DNA from: Enoplolaimus lenunculus
Lineage: Eukaryota
Length of the DNA stretch: 64,000 nucleotides
Assembly (NCBI GenBank): GCA_030248215.1
Contig: JASANG010002214.1
Span: 310,001-374,000 of the forward strand
Direction: 5' to 3'
Under the pieces are notes generated by a model that saw nothing but the letters and a program-made list of their open reading frames with translations, searched no databases and was not told the DNA's origin. The translations under genes and the position numbers were made by a program. This document shows positions 24,749-37,865 of the stretch, piece by piece. How positions within the stretch are numbered: position 1 is the first letter of the stretch; each line of letters opens with the position of its first letter.

Positions 24749-24962
24749 CCCCTATGTAAATAACAGGGGCAGAATAGTATTATAAGCATATTCCTTAGCC
24801 TAAGCGCAAGCCTAAGCGTAAGAATGAGATTATTTTTAAGCCTAAGTATAAGAATGAGTTTATTGCTAAGCCTAAGCCAAGCAAAAAAATTAGCCTAAAG
24901 TTTAAGCTTACTCTTTTCTAGTCTCACAGAAAAACGTTCCGCCTCTGATCTTTACATGGTCC
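24749..24962 (-). mobile_element. Telomere-repeat MITE family A (longer GCCTAA core)
   Basis: ATGTAAATAACAGGGGCAGAA...CCGCCTCTGATCTTTACATGGTCC with many GCCTAA units. Confidence 0.8.
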
Positions 24963-25471
24963 AGCTTGTGGAAGAAAATCGTACAAATGCCAAAAACAAA
25001 ATTTTCGAGCACTGCCGTACGAAACCTTCGGATCGATTTCGCTTTCACGTCACATCTTTTACGGATCAGCCAGTGATGGCATGTCTACCAACACATTTCT
25101 CAGATTTTCATGCTTGCTGCTGTTGATGTGACTATTAAAAATTACTAAACGAAATCTTTTGTATTGTTTCGACAAAGTTTTTATAAGTCATATTCGTGTG
25201 TATTTTTAGACATTTGCGTGTTGTTTTATAACAAATTTCAAGGTGCGGCGGCGTTATGATAATCGTAGCAGAATGTGAAATCAGAGCGTATTTTTTCATT
25301 GAAATGTTAAATTAGTATAAGGAACGTATTAAATATACAACACGATGCATAAAGGGAATAATAATTTTTCAGTTGCAAAATTTCCGATGAGACGAACAAA
25401 ATCACATTCAGCACAATTCAAAATATTGTGTATTTTTGATGTCAAAATATTGACTTTTTTATATGACGTTT

Positions 25472-25628
25472 GGCCAATGTTATTTTTAGGGGCGCGATAG
25501 TAGGTTAAGTGTATTTCTAAGCATAAGCCTAACCGTTACAAAAATGTGTTCCTAAGCTTAAGCAAAAAAAATGTAATCTAAATCTACTCCTTTATAGACC
25601 CACCAGACACCTGGACGCCCGTTAAAGT
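25472..25628 (-). mobile_element. Telomere-repeat MITE family B, right end truncated
   Basis: GGCCAATGTTATTTTTAGGGGCG...CCTGGACGCCCGTTAAAGT. Confidence 0.75.
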
Positions 25629-25898
25629 GTACTCATCCAAACTGAAATCCTCGCTACGCCCGGTGAAATTAGCATCTGTCCCCGCCGCCGCAGTCTCGCG
25701 TAGCATTTTTCGTCGTTTTTTTACACTTTTTCTCGCGTTGTTAAACTTTTAGAAAACTGAAATACTATTCCACAGACCTTTTTTTTCAAACGCGATTCGT
25801 TAAGAATTTAAACTGAAAACAATGAAATATCGAAAATAATACGGCTTTGCAGTTGTAGATTTTTTTGCATGCATATTTTAGAACGTTTTTTATAGCAG

Positions 25899-26090
25899 CA
25901 GGACCGGAGCAGGCAGGTATTGGGGCTCCACCTCAAATTCCAAGGTGAAGGCCGCCAAACTCACGAGCGAGAAGCCAGACGCATTTTAAAGCTTAAGCGG
26001 GTTTTGTTTCAATCGGTTAGGGTGGGGGCCCCTTTAGGGGTGGGCACCCCCGAAATGGAGGGGGAATGTGCGGTGGCTGCTCCGGCCCTG
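25899..26090. mobile_element. MITE family I (hAT-like)
   Basis: CAGGACCGGAGCAG / CTGCTCCGGCCCTG, with flanks TATAGCAG/TATGACAG. The core GCGAGAAGCCAGACGCATTTTAAA recurs at about 43240-43414 and 49770-49885; a related piece lies at about 58100-58178. Confidence 0.8.
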
Positions 26091-29000
26091 TATGACAGAT
26101 CTGAGACGAATTGTAAATTTTTTAACATTTTACAGGCCGAGTTAAACTTATGAAATCACGATTTTCCTAACGATAATTAGCTTGTTCGCTTGATTCGTGG
26201 CCGGAACCCATCCTAATCCTCGCGTTAAAGCAGGTTTTCTACTTAACGTTTATATATTTAATACTGTGTGTCCATTTTAGTGCGCCTACTAAAGAGATAA
26301 AAGCAGTATACCAAATAGAATATACATCACAAAAGGTCGTAAATTCACATCATGATACGACTGTTATATCTGCTCACTGGATTTCCAAAAATTTTCACGC
26401 CATCAGATCTTTTCGGTCCATAATTCTCCAGGATTGCAACTGTAGAGGGTACTCCGTTTATAGACATCTTCGCTACCTCGGGGCTCAACATTTTTTGATC
26501 TTACCCCTGTATGAATATTCGCTAACTCATTAACTATTTCTGATTACCAGCCTAAAAATTCAAGCATACGATAATGTACCATTTAACCGTTTAAGCAAAC
26601 TTTGATGAATTTCAAAGCACGTTTCACGTCTCTTACATCTCTTGGGGTGGACGGAGTGTAGATTATCGAGTCAAAAAATGTCACTTTTGCTCAAAATGTA
26701 TGAGTTGTATTTGAGCACAAAAACTTCTTGTGATGCTACCGCGCATATTTCAAAAAAAGCTACAACATTTTTTTGCTTCAATTTCAAGTTCAGCTCATTG
26801 CAAAAAAAATTTATTAATTAACTCATTTTTCCTCGTTGTTGGTGTTTCGAGAGTACGCTCGTGTGTGTATAAGAAGGCGAAGATTACACGCGGGGGGATA
26901 TTTGGCTGGCCGAGGTTTGTTGAAAACATAGACAAATACTGTTTTGTTTACACACTTTCGAATAATGATTTGCTGGTTTGGTTGAAACTTGACGTTAAAA
27001 TTTGTCCAAAGCGAAACACAGTCTGTCGTCTGTTTTGGAGCCGGGTACAAAAACGAGAGTGCAATGATATATTGACGAGTCTGGCTGAAAGTTATCTGCG
27101 GCCGCTGTGTTATAATTTTTCCGGAGTTCAAATTTATAATAATTTTTGTGTGTTTTAAGTAGGCAGCAGCCTTTGACAAATTTTAGCAAAAAAACGATAC
27201 TGATTGCAGGGTGGGTAAATTTTTGTATATATTTAACAAATTCTTTTTTCAGTAAATGGGAATTTGAAGTGATAAGATTACAGGTTTGCGATAATTTTAA
27301 ATATATACACACTTAACAATCAATATTTGACACATAAATTAATGGTTTACGAGAAATAAAAATGAGGTTTTTGTGTTTTAATCCAATTTGATCTGCAGGA
27401 TCGTAGCCAGAGCACCCCTTTGCTACGGGGACCTAAAGGTTTTCAGGGTGGGTGCGCAAGGATTTTCGTAGACTATTACAAGCAAGGTTGAAAATGTTCC
27501 AGGTGAGCCACAATTTTTCCAGGTAGGGCTCAGCCTCCCTAGCCCCTGTTGGCTATGAACCCATTGATCTATCTGTTTTTAAATAAATTATATAGCAATT
27601 GTCTAAAACAAACCCCCGTCACAAAACTGCTTAGCTTTAAGCCATACTCAATTCGAGGGTTGTCGATTGTCGACGTTGTTTGTCACTTTCCTCCGCAGAA
27701 ACTTTTTTCCACACCCGTACAATGGCTGAACACTGTCGTAAAATCGGCGCAGGCTAAAGCTTAGGCATAAGCTCAGGTGTGTAGCCTAAGCCTACGCCTA
27801 AACTTCAGCCCGAGTTTTTTGGGACGAGGACAATAGTAAGCGTTAGTATTGGAGTCTTTCACTTTCTATTAAAACAGCAGTGTGGCGTTGGTTACTAATT
27901 ATCTGGAACCAGTTAGACAAATTTTAGCTTTTTATAATTTTTAAAGCACACGCGATCCCGGCGTGGTCCATACAAAAATTAAATTGGGACGGGCGGCATC
28001 GTGCGGCAGTCCGCGGTTGCGTCCGGCGCCGTGCTGCGACGGACAACGCCGCACGACGCCGCTCGACTAATAAAAGTATACCACAATCCTTATTGTGGCG
28101 ATATACTTGCGCGACGCGGTGCGACGCCAGACGACGCTGCAAATCAAACCAGTTTATTTACTGATTGATTTTTACGGTGCCTGCCGTCTGCAAGCGTACG
28201 ATGCCGCTAATCTTTGTAAGAGTATATTCCATCGTCTAAAATCTACACCTGACTATTAAGTACATACTGCTCAGTTTTCATTAGATCCTGTTTCGCTAAT
28301 GTTGTAGCGGCAACGTATCAGCCAGCGGATGTTATATTTTGTTTAATTATACTAAAAGTCAGCAATATAATACATTTAGACCCGAAGGCAACTGTTTAGA
28401 TATAAACAAAGTTATGCGTTTTTAATTGTATTCTCGAACGCGCTGACCACGATACCAGGGGCTCCACGCAGGGCAATACATGCCGATCCCAACAGGCATT
28501 ATATGCAATCATTTTTTTATTACGATTTAGTATTAAAATTGCGTTTGGCTTATCGTTCGTTTTGCTCGCGAGCTTGTGTTCGATATCGCACAGCCCTCGT
28601 CTTGTCTCACAATTTTGTGCGCATCGACCACAGCTCGCGAGAAATATTTTTATCTTTACGCGCGACCCTGTAAAGACTGTTGTTATTAATTACGATTCGT
28701 GCAGTACTATCCTGAAGTTCTTTGTGGCGTCAAACTGAATAATTTTCACATTTTATATTCAAATAGCATCACTATAGGTACCAGTAAAATTGCTCTCTCT
28801 CTCTCTGTCTCTTGGTCGTCAGCGGTGGCTATTCAAGCGCAGACAGATCGTTTTAAACAAAATTGCATTTTAAATAACTTTTGCATCATATAAAACTTTT
28901 GAAACGCTGCTGTATTTGCTAGAAATTTAAATTCTTTAAATTATCAAATATTTTACGGTATACTTTTAGTTACGGCCGTGATCTACTGATCTCTGGCAGC

Positions 29001-29492
29001 AATGGGAGTCTTGGTCTCTCGGTATTTGGCAGGTCTCGAGTTCGCTTTTATGAGTCTCGATGGTTTGGTACCGAAACCAGAAGACAAAGATTCAGCAAAT
29101 GCATGAAAAAACTATAACAACACGAAAAAACTACTAAAAAGCGTTAGAAATAATTTATTTTGAAAATTTTAATTTTTTCCCGTGATGACCAAAAAATTGA
29201 CCGAGACTTAGACTTTGCTTGGCCGGTCTCGGTAGTCACCTGTCGGTCTCGGTCACGGATTTTAAACCGTGACCGTCAATCCATTATCTCTGATCGATTT
29301 CAGCATGGCGCAGCGGGGCAAATCAGGAAAACTGGGCGATTCTTGTGGCTAAACTCTCACTTTGAATCACAGCTCCAACATTCATTTTTCTGCAGACTGC
29401 ACGAAATATTTGTCTTAATGTTTCATCATAAAAAGTAGCCAATCAATAGACGTTTTTAGCTTAGCTTCTAAAAAACCAACATTACAAACTTG

Positions 29493-29674
29493 GGCCCATG
29501 TAAAGATCAGGGGCGGAACGTTTTTGTGCGGGACTAGAAAAGAGTAAGTGTAAGCTTTATACTATTTTTTGCTTTGATTAGGCTTAGGCTTAGGAATATG
29601 CTCATACTTACGCTTAGGCTTAGGCTTAGGAATATGCTTATATTACTGTTTCGCCCCTGTTCTTTACACTGGCC
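29493..29674 (+). mobile_element. Telomere-repeat MITE family A
   Basis: Full TIRs; exact TSD CAAACTTG. Confidence 0.92.
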
Positions 29675-29795
29675 CAAACTTGCAGTGTTTATAATTTTCC
29701 CTATGTCTAGTCAAAATATTGAAGACTGTTATAGATTGCTTAAGTTTTGATAATACTTATAAATAATGGTGGTTGTCGCTTTCGTCAAATATTTC

Positions 29796-29938
29796 GGCCA
29801 ATGTTACTTTTAGGGGTGCAACAGTAGATTAAGCGTATTCGTAAGCCTAAGCCTAAGCAAAAAATATAATCCAGAATCTAAATCTACTCTTTCATAAAAC
29901 CACCAGAAACCTGGACGCCCCTTAAAGTAACATGGGCC
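29796..29938 (-). mobile_element. Telomere-repeat MITE family B
   Basis: GGCCAATGTTACTTTTAGGGG / CCCCTTAAAGTAACATGGGCC, with flanks AATATTTC/AATATTTT. Confidence 0.9.
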
Positions 29939-30143
29939 AATATTTTTGTGGCGGCATCTACACATTGTATAAAATGCTTTCGGGTTTTTCACCAGCTATA
30001 GAATTTGTGTATGCATATGATTGAAATCGATTATGTTTCTGGTTAGATTTTGGCCAATTTAGCCTGCTGGCTAGTATATACAGGTTTTGGAATCACCCGC
30101 TGCCACATAGGTGTCAAAGCTTGTCGCTCGATACGATCGCTCG

Positions 30144-30326
30144 GGTCAATGTAAAGAATAGAAGCGGAATAGTACTATAAGCATATTCCTAAGCCTTAGC
30201 CTAAGAATATGAATGAGCATATTCCTAAGCCTAAGCCAAGCAAAAAAGTTCAAGTCAAAAGCTTAAGCTTACTCTATTGCAGTAGTCCCACAGAAAAACG
30301 TTGCAGCCCTGATTTTTACATGGGCC
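30144..30326 (-). mobile_element. Telomere-repeat MITE family A
   Basis: GGTCAATGTAAAG...TTTACATGGGCC; exact TSD ATCGCTCG. Confidence 0.9.
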
Positions 30327-31010
30327 ATCGCTCGTAAAAAAACCATTTGACTGACGTTATACCCTCACGATACGACTGAACTTCACAAAAACATGGTTGA
30401 AGTTTTATGTGTCGTTAAGCAATTTTAGACAAAACATCACTAAATGTTTCGCGCTTCGTACGTACAAATTGTAAAATTTTGGGCCAGTCTCACCCTATCC
30501 GTCTATTAATAGTCAGCTACCATGCTAAAATTGTCATTTTTAAAGGCTGCCGTCGTGTTGGCAGGTGCTGCATCAACCTCACATTCCTCCACCCAGGAAT
30601 CCTTTCATCCGCCGCTGAAAAAAATTAAATTTACTGGTATATTTGATTGTACATATTTGTACTCTAAATCCATGAACTTTTTAGATTCTATTAATCTTGG
30701 CATCTGTGAACTGTATTATAAAACATATATAATTACTACCGAAAACTACAAAAAAAGTAATCTACTTCGACGGATTGTAAACGCTTCCAGCTCAGCTTAC
30801 GTTCTGGTAAATTAATACGTCTTTTGTCATTGTACCGAACCTAAAAAATCAGAGCGAATCGAGTACGATAGTTGAAGACATCAACGTCGATGCAATGGTC
30901 ATTTCAGCATTTTTAAAAGTAAGTTACTCAAGTATATAGTTCAATTAAAGCCTATTTCCATGTAAAATATCAACTAAAATTGTCTCGTAAGCGAACGAAT
31001 AAAAACTTTC

Positions 31011-31176
31011 GGCCCATGTAAAGATCAAGGGCGAAATGTTTTTCTGTGGGACTAGAAAAAAGTAAGCTTAAGCTTTAGACTAATTTTTTTGCTTAAGCTT
31101 AGGCTTAGACTTAGGCTTAGGCTAATGCTTAGGAATATGCTTATAATACTGTTCCGCCCGGTTGTTTACAATGGCC
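31011..31176 (+). mobile_element. Telomere-repeat MITE family A
   Basis: GGCCCATGTAAAGATC...TTTACAATGGCC; exact TSD AAACTTTC. Confidence 0.9.
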
Positions 31177-31551
31177 AAACTTTCTTTCTTAAGTTGTACG
31201 GGGACTTTAGGGATCAATAAGGTTTTTGATTTAGTTTTTACGATGCGATCCAACGCAAACTTCATTGAAAAAGTGACTTTCCAGGCAAGCTTTTCAGTTT
31301 TGTCATTTTTTCGGTGCGGTGTAACGTAATTCGATTGAAAAACGCAACTCTCCTTCCAGTCAATTTTTACCCCTCGAAGGTGACTGGAAGAGCCAGTTTT
31401 AGTTGAGTCATTTGTCACGTGACACCGACACTCATCAGTTCAACCAATCCGGTACGCCATACTGTTTGAATAGCGGTTTAAAATATTGCAAGGCGTCTAA
31501 TTCAATTAGCGATAGGTACTATACACAACAAGGTCCCGCGCTTTGCTTTAA

Positions 31552-31774
31552 GGGCTCGTATTCTCAAATGTGTGTAAGCACCTATTACCAGTTGGTGATA
31601 GGTTTTGTAACTTTCGATCCAGGGAATGTCGAGGCTCAAAATTCAGCACATACTTCGCGTATAATTTGCTCTACCCCTGTTGCAATTTTGAATTCAAAAA
31701 CTGCAATAGTTAGTCAGTTTGAAAACCTATTATTAACTGATGATAGCTGCTATACACATTTGAGAATATGGACC
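31552..31774. mobile_element. MITE family H
   Basis: Inverted ends CGTATTCTCAAATGTGT / ACACATTTGAGAATATG. Homologous to 36960-37175. Confidence 0.75.
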
Positions 31775-33808
31775 ACGAAAATAAGATAGTGTTGTTTGTT
31801 ATCTTATTCAATAGTTTCTTTAAATAGTACTGCTATTTTTATTGTACCAATCAAGATAATGGGTTTGACCTTTGTTGGTATTTCTGTGACAAGCCATCCA
31901 ATTTTTAACGGTGTTTTATCATGATTCTATTGTCGCTTAGACGCCTATTTGAAGTAAATTTTTCTAAGTACGTTTTTAGACCATCTGTTTAAGTGGTATT
32001 TTTAGTTTGAACATTTTCGTAAAAATACAGTTCTGGCCCTGTTCAATACTTGGCCCGATAACTGGATTCCCTTAAAGCGAACATGAGCCAAATGAATATT
32101 GTAACTGAACGCAACGCTACAAAAACATAGAATAGTATTATACAGGTCGTTGTTGTGTGAGATGTTAAACTTTGTCTCGTAAATACTTTGGGTACCTTAA
32201 AGCCACAGAAGAAAAATTTGTAAGCTACGTTCTGATATCTGAATGCTATCTAGTATTAAGCTTGAATTCATTATCCGGCTCCGGCCAGATACTAGATTAT
32301 CCGGCTCCATAGATTTTTGGTATCCGGTTGCACCATGATATATCCCTTTTGTCCTTTGCGTTGTGTACTCACAAATTTGCATCAAAACAGCTTGAAGGGT
32401 GTTCATTAATATCGCCTTTGGCTCACGCTAATTGAAAAACATATGGCTACTACATGTTAGCTTTTGAATGACTATGGGTGGCGGTGAAAAATGCACAAAG
32501 TTTGTTGCGTTTTTACGTTGTCTCCTGAGGCATGCTGGTGTTGAACGCTGTGTCAACCGAATCCATATGCTTTTTTGTCAGTTAAAACACTGTGTTATCG
32601 AATAGCCGTCGTTGATTTGCTAATTCTATTTTAACAGTCGATATCAGCAGCGCCGGAAACAAATTATGATTGGACGACAAGACGAACAGAAGCCAGGAAT
32701 TAGATAGATATACTAATCATAATTGGAGGCGCTCATCGAGAAGCCAGATTCATTTTTTATGAAGTTATTAAGATTGCGCATATGCTTAGGTTCCGGCCTC
32801 TTATAGGTGTATTTGATCTTCTATTGAGTTTGACATTATCGTTTCTGTGCGTATTAGGAAGTATTAAGCCGTATTCACACGTGCAAGTTGTTTTCAACGA
32901 GAACGCACAGCTGCAACTTGCATGAGTTTCGTGCAGCTGCAAGTATTTGCACGAAAACATTTTCAATTTGAATGATGACGTGAATTTAGTTTGCAGATAA
33001 CTGCAATAAATATCAAGCGTGAATTATCAGTTCAGCCAATAATAATGAATTAATTCGACTTGCAAGGCTATTCATGCCTTTGAATTAATTCTTAGGGCAA
33101 ATTCATAATCAATCAATTGCAACTGCAAGTTCTTTGAATGAATTTTTGAAAAAACTTGCAGCTGCAAGTTTCCGATGCAAGAAACATTCGCGCGTAAAGA
33201 GACATCTACTTGAAACTTCGCGACGTGAAAATACTTTCATAGCGATACACGTCTTATATAGTGCTTAAAAATGAAAAACAAGCCCCGTCATAATCGTCGA
33301 AGTCTGCGAAATATCGAAGAAGTTTGATTTAGTAGTACGAATTCCAGGGAATAATTAGCAGTTGCAAGAACTTCAATTTTAAGGAAAAAAATGGAAAAAA
33401 ATCATTTTGTTTAGGTCATAATTTTTTCCAGAAAACAATCCTGTATGAAATCCTAACACAAAAATTAGTTTTGGTTTAGGGTGTCGCTTGCTACTTGAAT
33501 TTGTAAAAAACCGAATGGTGATAGTTAACAGATAAACATTTTAGTAGGCGAATTGCTACGCTAACTGACAGCAGACACTACAAATCTAAACAAAATTGTG
33601 TGAATACCCCAAAAATCATTTTAAGCTAACGAATGAAAAATAATTTTTTTTCGCTGAGGTTAAAAAAGATTCATCCGGCTCGGAAAATATTTGGGAGCCA
33701 TAGCTCCCCACTGTGAGTGAGTATTGAGAGTACACGTGCCCCTCAACCCGGACTTCTGCGCCTATATTCGATGTTTTTGTTATTAAGTTCACTTTCGGGG
33801 TTCGTTAC

Positions 33809-34003
33809 GGTATCACGACATTCCTCGCCCGATAACTCGTCGATCTGCAGTTTCTAATCCGTAACCTCGTCGACTCAGCAATCCGCCACAACACTTCATT
33901 ATGGTTTCAGTTTAGGATTATGCTGACGATTGATTTACGTCTAAAAATGCTTAGGCCACTGTCGAGCGACAAGTTTTCAACTGACGAATTGTCATGAAAA
34001 TTC
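33809..34003 (+). mobile_element. Telomere-repeat MITE family C, degenerate
   Basis: GGTATCACGACATTC...GACGAATTGTCATG, similar to 42932-43107. Confidence 0.65.
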
Positions 34004-36959
34004 ATTTCGTTATCAGCATACTTAGCGCAACAAAAACAACCGTATATTTCACGTTACGCTCATTAGTTGTTGACTACCGTTCTAAGACGCGTTATATTCT
34101 TTCAGATTAAATAATCTAATTACAATTTGTAAATTTCAAATTTTTTTCTCATGATCCGCTTCATCCGACTTAAACATTGGGTGTGTTTTTTCGTTGTATT
34201 TTCAGTTTCAAACGCATGGGAACGCATTTTTAGAAATTTGAATGCGTCTATTTTAGAAATATTTTTGTCTAATTTAGTGTACGATTCAATGGTACAGGAG
34301 AATTAAGAGTTCACCTAAAATTCAACAAAATGTCTTAAGTATAGCAAATATATTTGTGAAAATTGAAATGTAGTGTATGGTATATGATTATAGGAATTGA
34401 GGACAGTGAATAATTTATTTTGTCGATACGAAGCCAGAGCAGAACACAGAGACGTCCAGTTGTACGCTGATTGGACAGAATAGCCATTTGAGAATATACC
34501 TGCTATATTTAATTTCAAGTGAAAAGTTGAACGAGTTGATAATAGACGGTGGGAAATAAATGTGCTACGTCTTCAATCGCTGTGTTAAACTTGATTCTGG
34601 TCAATTTGTCGTGTGACAATTTGTCGCTGGACACAGTCGTGAGCGTAAGCGTAATCCTAAGCATCAGCCTAAGCATAACGATAGGTGACAGTTTTTGGAT
34701 TACATGGTGTGGGTCAACTAGTTGTTGGTTTGTCTTGTATCAAAAGCTTGAGCAATAATGCAAGGTTTTATACTTACGAAAGTACTTTCAAAACTTAACT
34801 GTGCTTCAGTTTCAAACTCAACTTTATTTTCGGCCTGGAGTCATTTATGCACTACAATTAAGGATAATTGACATTTATCGACTCTAATTGGGATTTACTG
34901 ACTATCTGCGTACGGAATCTTATTAGAGATACGGACTTCTATTGATTGGGATTCAAATTCGGGACCCCCTCATCATAGCACCCGTCCCCTCTTATTCGGA
35001 TCGCTACTGTATAGCGGTGAAACCAAATTCCTCGGTATCCACCATTGATTTCAACTTGAACAGTTTCTCAGCTTTATTTCCGTTACGAAAACAACATTTT
35101 TTACTAAAAAGAAATTGCAAACGTACCGTTTGTTTTGTTACTACATTTTGCCGATCATACGTTTAAACGCAGCAACGCTGACCTGAATACAGTAAAACAA
35201 ATTTCTGTAACGCAAATGATAATTCTTGCAAAATATCTGCAATCAAATCTTTTAACTCCAGCGTAAGGGGCAGCATAGGGTATGCGAAACACAAGACCGT
35301 TGCCGATACAGTACAAAAACTTTACAAACAGTTGTATTTAATAGTTGTATATTTCATGCGCTTTGGGTATTTTCGATGTTGTGCTTAAGTTGAAAAAACA
35401 ACGTTCCAAAATCAAATATTCTTGTTTCAAATTTTAATACTTAAAAATTGCTATCCAAGCTCTTGAAGGCTCTTAAATTCGATTCGGAACAGCTTTCATT
35501 TATCAGCTCAACTTGTCTGCAAAATGGTTGGATTTTGAAACGTTTTGCATACGTCAATATGAGTACTGCAACTGTCATCAGGATTATGCCTCGGAGTTCA
35601 AGATTGAAAAGAATGCAAACCCCGTTAGCAGTGCTGGTTTTCTTGTCTGACTACAGTTTTCTCTAAAGGATATATTTCTTGTATATTCATTTTTATGTGC
35701 GCCTTTGAGTGTCATGCCTTCCGTTGCCAAAGTATTGTACTTAGAACAGCTACAAGTACCAGGAGGATTGCGCAGATTCAATATCTTCCGAATATTTTGA
35801 ACAGCTAAGAAAAAGCTAATATTTTGGAACATCCTGCTGAATCTCAGTGCTCAAACACTTTTACTCGTTGCTGCCAAATTTAGCTACGCCCTCTCGAACT
35901 AAAAACCTAGTGGCGTCTCTGAGAAAGGGTTGTTTTTCCGTGTTTGATATATGAGAGTTTTTAGTTTTGCACATTGAACGTAGAACATTCTTTTCCCGGT
36001 TCGTACGGGGTTTACATATTTGTCGGTTGTTGTTGTTGTTGTTGTGGTTAGGTTCAAAATTATAATTTCGAAAATATGCCAGTATTGATATCTTTGTGAA
36101 ATTAAACACAAATAGAAAATACTACCCTCAAACTCAGTGTGTTCGATTGAACTGCGGCTAGGCTGGCAGAGTCAGCTCAACATAATGAGGAATAAACAGT
36201 TCTAGCAGGGTCATGCTCATGGTTTCACAAGATTTACCAGTAGGACTAAAACTTTTTATCTTCCCAAAAATTTAGGCTACGAGGGTGGACTGACGAGTGA
36301 ACCCGTTCCGGCATTTCTCAGGCTACAGGTCTGACAGTGTGCAGCGGCCAGGATAATAGAAAGGTGAGACTGATAAACACGCGTCTGGCTGCGTTTTTGA
36401 TTGGTTAAATATGGCAAAATATTGAAAGATATACAGTGGGGTTCAGAGAGAATTATATTCTTCGCTCAATTTCTCAGTGAAAATAGAGATGTTGTCGTTG
36501 AAATTAAACTGTTTAGTTTGCTTTCCGACATTTTTTTCGTGGTTTCGAATTACACAAAACAAGTAACAGTTAATATAATGCGCAGTGATTTTTGATTTGC
36601 GTTTGCCAGTCGGCAAATAAAATACTGAATTTTGCTCAAATTTATACACCACCTTAGGGATTACTTTTCGTAGACCCGTATGTGAGTTATGATTTTGGCG
36701 TTTGTGTGTTTTGTAGCATACCGAGGTCAATCTTTCGTTTTGAAAACGTCTAAATTATATTTCAGTGTAAAAGTTTTGAAAGTGCTCGAATTTCCGTCTC
36801 TATTTCAATGCGGCACAGTATTTATTGAAAAATATTCTGAAGAATATAAAAATTAACTACGCCAGCGCTGGTTATCAATATTAAATGGGGCATTCCAATC
36901 TTAAGTTCTATTTACTTATGCAACGCCTTTGCTCATCCTGGACCTTGGGTCTCAGCGCT

Positions 36960-37175
36960 GGGTCCGTATTCTCAAATGTACATAGTACCTATTGACCAGT
37001 TGATGATAGGTCTTGTAACTTTTAAACCAGTCAATAATGAGGCTCGAAATATGGAACATTTTTCGCATTTGATTTATTCTACTTCTCTGGGGATTCGCAA
37101 CTACAGATGTCCGTCAGTTTGACAATTAATCACTAACCGGGGATATATGCTACATGCATTTGAGAATATAATCCC
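36960..37175. mobile_element. MITE family H
   Basis: GGGTCCGTATTCTCAAATG / CATTTGAGAATATAATCCC. Confidence 0.75.
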
Positions 37176-37420
37176 TGAACTGAGAGTATTCCATCGTTTT
37201 TGCCCATAAATCAATAAACTTAAAAAGTGCGTTTGACACGGAAACTGTCGTGTCACACACACACTGCGGCCGTAACTGCGCGAGGAACGCCTTCATACAC
37301 AATTTTTCGATAACCCCGAGCCCAAATTTTTTTACTCAGCGTTAAGTAAATTTTCGCCCCCCCCCCCATAAATTGCGCCTTGTCTACAAACAATTTATAA
37401 TGGCGGTGGTGCCATACTAA

Positions 37421-37560
37421 GGGTTACTCTATACTCAGCGTGCCGCACGATAAATTTTTGGTATTAAAACTTGCCACACGTCACCAAACAGATTTTGGCA
37501 TATAGTTTTGTTAGCGCAACGCACAGCGGCGTTTGGCACAGTAAAGTGATAGCGCAACCC
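37421..37560. mobile_element. MITE family G (PIF/Harbinger-like)
   Basis: GGGTTACTCTAT / ATAGCGCAACCC with TAA on both sides. Confidence 0.75.
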
Positions 37561-37769
37561 TAAGGATCTCTAGATAGTATTTGGTTTGCCTCTATACGGG
37601 CCACGTTAATAGCTCCGAAGTGAGTTATTTTTCGTTAAAATCATGAAATCCCATAATCATTAGCATCCGTTACCTACAATAATGACTCTGAACGGCTGTT
37701 TGTTTTCATTTCATTTTACAGATTACCCGTGGGAAGCACCGTTGACTCGTTTAACCCTTGTGCTCCCGC

Positions 37770-37865
37770 ATGTGCGCTGGCGGATGCGAACAGGCGGGTC
37801 AAACCTGGCTTAGCTCCCTGAACAGAAATCAGAACCTTCTGGCTTTCGGTGGCTTCGCTGGTGAG
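37770..37865 (+). CDS. Possible short alternative start exon (MCAGGCEQAGQTWLSSLNRNQNLLAFGGFAGE)
   Basis: Strong acceptor TTTCATTTTACAG ends at 37721, in a GC-richer non-repeat island. ATG at 37770. Donors G|GTGAGG (37861, phase 1) or GAG|GTTTTT (37866, phase 0). No homology recognised. Confidence 0.3.
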
